From assembly GCA_965153285.1 (NCBI GenBank), contig OZ229119.1: DNA of 64,000 nucleotides; one strand, 5' to 3'. The DNA is from Podarcis tiliguerta. Its lineage: Eukaryota. The notes below the pieces were generated by a model, which saw nothing but the letters and a program-made list of their open reading frames with translations, did not search any database and had not been told where the DNA came from. Each line of letters starts with the position of its first letter. Positions within the stretch are counted from its first letter, which is position 1. A program made the position numbers and the translations under genes. Shown here in pieces: positions 24,801 through 34,137 of this stretch.

Positions 24801-27800
24801 CAATAGATACCAGAAGAAATAACTTCCAAGACAGCCTGAAGGGATGCACACAAAAGATCAGCTCATCATAATTTAAAGATAGGCTGGCCTAACAATATTT
24901 CTGGTTTCAAATGTTTCTACTTCAAAACGGCCATCTTGAAAAATCACTTACTGAAATCTGTGCTGCAAGAGGCAGTGTTATTTGTGGAATGGTAGGAGAA
25001 AAGTATCCAGCAGGGCATTCAAAATATGGAGGCTGCACTGGAGATGATGCTACAAAAGGATTATGGAAAGCAAAAAATAAAAGGTTACACTAGGCAAGAT
25101 TTTATTTATATAACCTTTATATACAGTCGTACCTTGAAAGTCGAACGGAATCTGTTCTGGAAGTCCATTCGACTGTCAAAACCAAAGCGTGGCTTCTGAT
25201 TGGCTGCAGATAGCTTCTGCAGCCAATCAGAAGCCACGGAAGCCCCATTAGATGTTCGGCTTCGAAAAATAGTTTGCAAACCAGAACAGTCACTTCTGGT
25301 TTTGCGGCATTCATGAGCCAAAATCTTCGAGAACTAAGCTGTTCAAAAACCAAGGTACGACTGTACTTCAATTCATGAAAACTATCAAGATCCAAACAAT
25401 AGAATAAGCAGTAATTTCTCTCATCACATACTGCTCCTGCTCTTATGCTGGGTCAGCTATTGAATTTTTTATTTTTCATGTAGCAGCCATAACATTAGGT
25501 AAATGAGTAAATAAAACAGTGGAACACAAGCTTTAATTATGGCTTCATTAGGAAATTAGCAAAAATAAAATGTTGTAATCCACACATTAGGTAAGTTAAC
25601 ACTTACCAGGAGAGTTAGTTTCACTTTCTGTGTCCATGGCAACTTCATCATAATTATCATATTGATAGATTCCTCCTGCACTCTCAGTAGATTGCTTATC
25701 TAATGACCGTCTCAAGTCTTTATCTGAAGACTACACAAAAAAGTTTTGTTAGCCTCAGATATATTTTATTTCCTTTCTTAAACACATGCAATGCTGCCTG
25801 TTTTGCCTCAAACAGCTGCCCACTTGCAGGAAGAAAAGCTATAGGAAAGATAGCAGTGGCAAACGACTGACTCCTATTTGCTGGATCTTCTCTCATAACA
25901 ACTGTGGTTTCAGTAAGGGACAGCAAGCAGCAGAACAGTTCATTTTTACAAAACACTGCATTTTTCAAAGCTACGAAGTCATACTCTAATTATTTTTAAG
26001 TGTGTGGGAAGGCAAATCTCCCAACCACTTCCAACCCACAAAAAAATGAATAATTATGATCCCAAAGGTCATGACAACAGAATGGTACAGTTGGCATCAG
26101 CATATGGCATGGCCTATCACAAGGCTAATGTCAGCCTCTTTTTTAAAAATCACTGAGCGCTGATTGAAGCAGCTACAGCTGCAACTACTGTAATTATCCT
26201 TGTCTCCAATGACCCCGGGCTCCTTCCCTTCCCTGGGGTGTACATCAGGTGTGAGGCCCAACTGGCAGCAAGAAAGTGAGCGAGCCACGGACAGAGAAAT
26301 GCCTTGACAATCCTAGGCAGGTGCCCATCAGTGGAAATAGGCCAGGAAACCCAGAGTAGTACAGAGTGCAGAGCTTCTCCTCTGTTGCTGGCTGGCCACT
26401 GCTGCTTCCCCCCGCTCCTAATCCAGGTGATTAACTATGGTATTCTGGGTAAGGAGAGAAGTTGTCATGGTGGTCAGCCATTAGTGGCAGGGGAAGCACT
26501 GCTATCTGTTCCTCCAGGGTCCCCAATCCCTCAAAATTAAATTCTTTCCAAACACTCAATGGAGCACCAGGAAATAAAGAAAATTAAAAGGAACAGGCCC
26601 CAGAGGAGACATTCCTTTTCTGCTGGTGCCCACAATAACATAGGTGACAGTTCCTCACCCTCAATCTAGTGTTGCCAAGGTGGGGAGGGGGGTGTCTGCA
26701 GAGGGCATCTGGCAGAGAGCCCTCTCAAACCTGGAGCTGACCCTGCAAAAACCTAGTTGTAGGACTTGAACTCCACCGTCAGTCATGAATTCGTATTATG
26801 GACTCCAAATGAACTTAAAACTACTTCAGATTCTGGGGAAGAATGTGCTACAGTTAGAAATATAGTTGGAGGGATTCAGGAATATCTGCAATTTCTCACT
26901 GTTACAACACCTTGCACATCCAGTCGCTGCTTTTATTCCCCAATGAAAACACAAGTGGAAACAATCCCTTGTGCTTTCAGGATGCAATTTTACACAAGTG
27001 CTTGTGGCACTGCTCAAAAGAGAAAATTCTCAAATCATAGATATTTACACCACCATTCCTAATCAACTTAAAAACATGACTAACAAAATGAGTTTAATAT
27101 TTACAGTGCCTCAGCACTGTTGCCACTAATCTTTAAGGCCTCACTACTTACTAGTGAGAATTTTATGCCTAATTTGGTCTTCCTACTCATCTGTATCAAT
27201 TTCCCTTTGCAATTCCTTTGAAAACCATCAGGTTGAGAAAAAACACCCATTGTTAACGACTTTCAGTTTTTTAATGTGTATAATATACTTGAATATAAAA
27301 GTTCTCATTTTCCAGATTGCTAAGCATTTTTTGCTTACATAGCACTACCAAAAGTTTTACAACCCTTATTTCATACAGCCCAGCAAACTAGAGAAGATGG
27401 TCAGTATTTCTGATGGAAAACAGGCTGAAAGACAGCAAGTTGTGCAGGACCAATATGTCCATATCCATGGAGAGCTAAGACCCTCAGGTCCTAATCTAAT
27501 CCTATCAGATAATGGGTCACCAAAAAGAGCAAACCCCACCCCACGCCCAACAGCAACATTAATTACACAAGTACTTCCATGTTAAAGCCATACTCCATGC
27601 CTGTCAATTTACCTTGCTTCTTGATCTTGCCTTGCTTCCAACCAGCTTCATAAACCTATTATACTGTTCTTCTTGATTTGAAAGATCACGGATTTTTCTT
27701 ATCTCCTCTTCCCTTTTCCTTCTCTCCTCCTCCTCTTCTTGTTTCCGTTGTTCCTCTTCCTTCTGACGCCTTTCTTGTTCCTTCTGTTGCTGCAGTTTTT

Positions 27801-30800
27801 TCCACACTTTTGTTTGCTGTTTCCTCAGTGCTTGCTTAGCTTTAAATAAGAGTATTGATTAATTACACTTAATTTTTCCAAAGACACACAACAAATCTAT
27901 GGAGAAAGTAAGCTGTCAAATATTGAACATTACAGATCTCAACTTGGAAAGCCACTGCTCACCAATTTAACCATTTACCTGCAGTGCTGGTTTTTTTGGC
28001 CGAATGCGATTTTGTGCTGGTTTTGATCTTTTGTGGTACATTTTTTGCCTTTGTAAGTTTTTCCTTGCTTTCTTTCATCACTTGTTGCTCTTTCTGTTGC
28101 CACTTTTTACTGGCAGACTGCAAAGCTAGTAGTCTTAGCTGCAACTCTGACACTTCCTCCTCTTCATCAAGCAATTTCTTTTGTAAAATGAAAAGCACAA
28201 ACACACTTCAGTTCTTTATTCATCATTAAACTGATATTTTAAAAAGGTTTTGACTAAAAAAAATCACTCTATGCAAAACACTAGCTACAGAAGGATGGTT
28301 TTCAAACTTTACAAACAGAATCCTAAAACACATTTTACTCAAGCATCAGCCACATTTAACACTGTAGGACTTGCTTTGAAACAACACACATAGGATTGCA
28401 CTGTAAGTATACATTAGGCTAGAGCTAAATTTTAAGTGACTGATGTTGCAGCTGGAAAAACAAGTGGCTCCACTTACCTTCTCTACTGCAGCACCTGATG
28501 GGCTAAGATGTTGTTCTCCTTGCTCTTTTTCATCTACTGCTTAAAAAGATAAATGATATATTTTATCAAGCACAATGACAAAGTAAATGAATCTAAGCAT
28601 GCAAAGGAATAGCCATATTACACATAAATTTGTAACATGTATATTAAGCAGAATATGCTGCAAAATCTATATGCCTGGTTCTTTTAATCTTGCCATGGTC
28701 CCAATTTATACTTGCCCGGTGTGCAAAAGCAAGCATACATTCCCCTAAGTTCCTGTCTTCGACTCTTTTTTTATTATTACATTACACAAGAGGTGTACTT
28801 CATACTGGGGGAAACTCATGCTCCCTGGTCACCTTAATACTTCCACTAATTCTGTGACCCAGTCTGAAGGCCTAGAAGCATCAGCATCACAGTGTGAGAG
28901 AAACTCAAGCAGAGGGTCCCAGGCACCCCCAAACTCATTATCAAGATCATCTCAAGACCTCAACTCATAGAGCAACACTGCAGATTCCAAACTATCTACT
29001 CTTACATTCAGGTCCAGGCTTGATTTGCCCACACTAGTATTGTAAAGAATGCCTGCTATGCCCTCAAATGAAACATGCAGCATTTCCAACAGCAAAAAGT
29101 TAGAAAAATAGATAAACATCTCAAACAAAACAGGAGGTGCCAGAGGATAGTACTCTATTATTCTCCAGTACTAAACAGCACTCTAGATTCAATCTGTTCC
29201 AAATTCCCAGGCAAACAATGGTCCAGGAATGGAAAGATAAAACAGAAGTGCATGCCAAAGTTATCAAACAAATGAGGGCATGGAATTCCCCCTACACATT
29301 ATTTTTACAATGTACTTTTAATATATGTTAGATTGTTGTTTGATTCTCTTTTTATTCTTGGCTGCCTTTACTTGAGTTATATTCTGTTAGTAAAACAAGA
29401 TATAAACATTCTTAAGAAATGTCACGTTTTCAAAACACTTCTCTTTTTACCAGTAATAAAAGTTAAATAAAAACAAACTGCAATCTGTGCCAACATTACA
29501 ATGTCTTTAAAAATGCAAGCTACTCTGTCACAAGCAAAAGCAGTTTTAAAAATTACAGAAAGGATAAAAACATGAGTTTATTACACATAAAGAACAATTA
29601 CCTTGACTGGCATCCAGTAATTCAGTTTTCTGTGACACTTGTTTTACTCCATCTTTCACTTTTTTCAACTTGCTCCTCTCAGCTAGGGTTGGCAGTTTTT
29701 GCCTGAGAGGCTTCAGTTCAAATGCCTGAAAGGTTAACACTTTATTCTTCTCCTCAGGAGACACTTCATTTACAGCATCCTTTGTAATACTGATATTTTC
29801 TGTAGATACTTGGTCCTCAGGACTGGCCATTTCATCATTGCCTTGCTGAGCAGTTTCCTCTTTGTTATTCAGAGCCAGCTTCTCATCTTTATTAATATAT
29901 TCAAGTTCTAGTTGAATCTGCTTATATTTCAACAACAGATCCTCAAAACTCTCTTCAACAGAGTTATCATTCTTAGATGAATAGTTCTGCTTTCTAGATG
30001 GAGATTTTCCAAAGCTTTTGGCTAATTTATTTATTAAGAAAATGGTCTAGAGAACATTTGTCACTTGCACCATTGTAAGGAAGTGATCAAAAGCATATAG
30101 CCACTGAAACCTTTCATTCCAAACAGCAATTCAATCATGTTTCAACATGCAGGAGATAATACATACAGCTTCCATGTTTACTCACACAGTGCTTCCTTAC
30201 AAGATTCTGCAGTAAGTGAAGCGGCATTCTCTTGTCCTCTTCCCAAACATCTGACGCCAGGCATTGCAACCACCCCTTTGAAGAGGCTTCCTGACCTCAG
30301 TTCCACTGCCACAACCAGTTTGGTTTCTTTCCCTCCTGGGACACGCCAACTCTCATTATACACATCCCAGATGATTTCCTCCCCTAAAGTATTTCTGATC
30401 ACAATCTTAAATGTTAGCAACACACAAATACTTCTGGCTGGCCTCTTTCATATTTAAATAAGCTGGTGGCAGATCTACTTAAGTATAAGGTGTCAAAAAA
30501 ACCTAGTTTGGTGAACTTTGATATTTTAGGCAGTATCCAACTAAACAATTCTGCTAGCACAAGGACTTCTGGATGTGCAATGGAGCTTTCTCTACCTCTG
30601 CTTGACATGACAGCCTCTAGTGCAGAGTCTGAAGCAGCCATGTCCAAAGTCAGTTCTGGGGGCCTAATCTGGCCTGCCAGTTGATTTAATCCCATCCATG
30701 TGGCAGTTTATTTCCTGGGGTAAAATTCTTAAAAAACCTCAACAACTTCAATCCTAAAAGAAGCTCAACAACTTCAATCCTAAAAAAAGGTAAAAAGGTC

Positions 30801-33800
30801 AACAACTTTGGTCGGCCCCCATGACCCTTCACTTCATCAAATCCGGCCCTCTTTGAAAAAGATCTGGACACCACTGAAATTGCCCTCATTTATGACACAG
30901 ATATACCTTAAGGCTGTGTGCACTCTGTGCTAAAAATAATTGAGTCCATTTGTTGCATATGAAAAATTATTTGGATTTGTATATATAGACCTCTTTTTAT
31001 ACTTTATTCTACTACTGCTCTATCTGCAAATGTTCTGGTTTTCCCTAAATATGGGCAACCAGTAGTGCAGGCACAGCTACTCACCTCTAACTACCAGCAG
31101 TATTAAGCTATCACAGGCCTCTGATTTCACTAGACACTTTCAAATATGTCTTCACAAGGATAAGAGACCAGAAAGTTGTTTCTGTTAAATGAAACTCCAT
31201 ATACTCAGGGAGCTAAATTCTGTGGCCAGTATCATTTTATGTGCTTTCTTCATGGGTTAAAGCCTCAGCGCCTAGGGCTTGCCGATCAAGAGGTCGGCGG
31301 TTCGAATCCCCGTGGCGGGGTGCGCTCCCGTTGTTTGGTCCCAGCGCCTGCCAACCTAGCAGTTCGAAAGCACTCCCGGGTGCAAGTAGATAAATAGGGA
31401 CCGCTTACTAGCGGGAAGGTAAACGGCATTTCCGTGTGCGGCTCTGGCTCGCCAGAGCAGCGATGTCACGCTGGCCACGTGACCCTGAAGTGTCTTCTGA
31501 CAGCGCTGGCCCTTGGCCTCTTTGAGTGAGATGGGCGCACAACCCTAGAGTCTGTCAAGACTGGCCCGTATGGGCAGGGGTACCTTTACCTTTACATTCC
31601 CCTAGAACTAGGGCTTCAGGTTTTTAATTAGCTGCCAACACAGTACTTCATTACAGTGGTTCTTTTGAACAACTGCCTCTGATTGGAAAGCATCCTAAAA
31701 TACATTGGAACAGAATCCAATGGTGTTTCAAAAACAGAAGCTTACTCATGTGTTACGCCAGCTATGCATTGAGGAGCTAATAGGAGTTAGTCCAAAACAA
31801 GAGCCCCAGGTTGGGCAATTCTGATCTAACAGAAAACCAATAGCCGTCAAGGGGTAAAACCTAGCCAAAACAGACTTCCACACTGAGCCAGTCATAGGCT
31901 TGCATTGCAACATGTTGAACTCAGCTTGTAGTGACAGAGTTACATGCAGAGACTGGAAGGCAAAATCCATTTTCTTTTTCCTAAGTTTCTTTTCTCCAGT
32001 GATCACAAGAAGGAATACATTGGATTGTCCTGTTTTATTCTCACAACCACTTAACAGGATAAGGCAAAGCTGAAAAGACAGCAACTCACCATCCAGGACG
32101 ATCTGGACTAAGCACTGTCAACATTCCAAGTCCAAGTCTACCATACCACAAGCTTAATTTGGCCAATGAAGCAAGTTATCTGCTTCTAAATAGAATGCAA
32201 CCCAAGAGAAACAAAAGCAACTCCTTCTGTCATCTTTAGAAGAATAAAACTGGGAGATGAGTAAAAATATACAGTAGCACCAATTGAGAAGCCTCAGCTT
32301 TTATCCTATTCTCTATTTATATAATTCCATAAAGACACAGAGATACATATGAGGAAATTACTACATGCAGCTCACACAGAACAAACTAAACAGTTCTCTG
32401 TATGCCCCCACACTATGCCTTTTTTATTCTTTCAGTTCATGGGCAAAACTGAAACTAGTAAACTGGAAAAGAACCACACCCTAGACAATGTGTAACTAAG
32501 GAATATGACTCTAGTAGTGAACTTAAATTCAGTTTTTAAAAGTTACTTGTTCAAATAATAAATGTGAAAGATATTAATCACTGATGGAATTTCTGACAAT
32601 GATCAGCTACTCAAGCAATAGAGTCCTTGAATATACATTTAAATTTAATAACAAACATAAGCAATCTCCAATTTCTGCTATCTAACTGCAGCTGACACGA
32701 ACATACAGTACATTCATTGCTTGTAAGTTCCGCTTGCCTCCATTCGGACTTGTCTGGAGATACTAAAAGCTTTTATCAACTTATGCTGTTATGTTACCTG
32801 CAGCCATACCTAGACGGAAACTGCCTGGGAATAGTTACACATGCTCTAGTAACCTCCGATTTACATTACTGCAATTGAAAAGGGTCTGAAAACTGCAGCT
32901 GGTCCAAAATAGGACATCAAGGCTTTTGACTGGGATTATGTTATTATGTTAATTATGTTATTGTTTTATCAGCTGTACTGTCTCCCCGTCAGTTTCTGGG
33001 ATCAAAGTGCTGTTTTTAAATATTAGACCAGACATGGGAAACTTGTGGCCCTCCAGATGTTGGTGGCTTCCATTTCCCAGCACCTCAGTTAACATGGCTA
33101 ACCAAAAGATCCCTCTCACAGGTCCTGCTCAAGGTGCCTCCATTTAGACAGGCAGCAACCATGAACTCTAGAACACTATCCAGAGAGACTCATGCAGGCC
33201 TAGCATATTCTTTATTGCCGTTCTGGCACCAGGTAAATAAACTTCTATTTTCCCTGTGCCTTTACAAACAAAATGTGATTGTACTAATTATTTTTGTGGG
33301 TTTTATTTTATTTTTTGTCATCTGGCTTTAAGCTTGTCTCCACCAGAAATTTTAGACAGTATGCTGTTCTCTGATAGTATTTAAATTGCCGGACAGCTTG
33401 AGAATGTTATTGGGCAGCCTTATTTAAATATCCTTCATTTTCTGTCCTTTCACCTGGCTTTCCCCTGTGGCCAACGTTTTCACTTATCTTCTCAAACAGC
33501 TACAGCACAGGCACCCTGCTACACAACGAACAACATAATATTTTCAAACATAAGCCCTAGGAGTTCAATGGGATGTACTCCTAGGATGGCCACCATAATG
33601 AATGTAATCTTTTGGGTATTATTCAGAAGTAAGCATGCTTTAAAAAGTGGATGAAAATGATAACATTTCAATAGTACTTTTTAAAGGTACCATTTTAGTA
33701 CATAGTACTATATACTGATGCAAGAATTGCATGTTTCCTCACCCTCAAAAGAAAGGGGGAACTATTCCCCCTATGCCTTCAACATATCAAAGAAATTTAC

Positions 33801-34078
33801 ATTTCTCATCCTAAAAACAGAAAGACAAAAATTAAAAACATATTCTCGGTCGAGGACAAACTTTAAGCATTCCTTGGTTAGGATATTCCCTGCCATCTTC
33901 GGTTACACAACTTAAAGGCCAGCTGTGTGGCCAGCAAACTTGCTTAAATGTAAAATCAACACTCATTAAGTATTTCAAGTATTTCAGGCATCACATTTGA
34001 AAGCCAATGAGGCTCCTCCCAAGATACCAGATGACATCTTCTGTCTCGGACCACACACTTCACTTCTGCAGAACCTCT

Positions 34079-34137
<59 letters not shown>

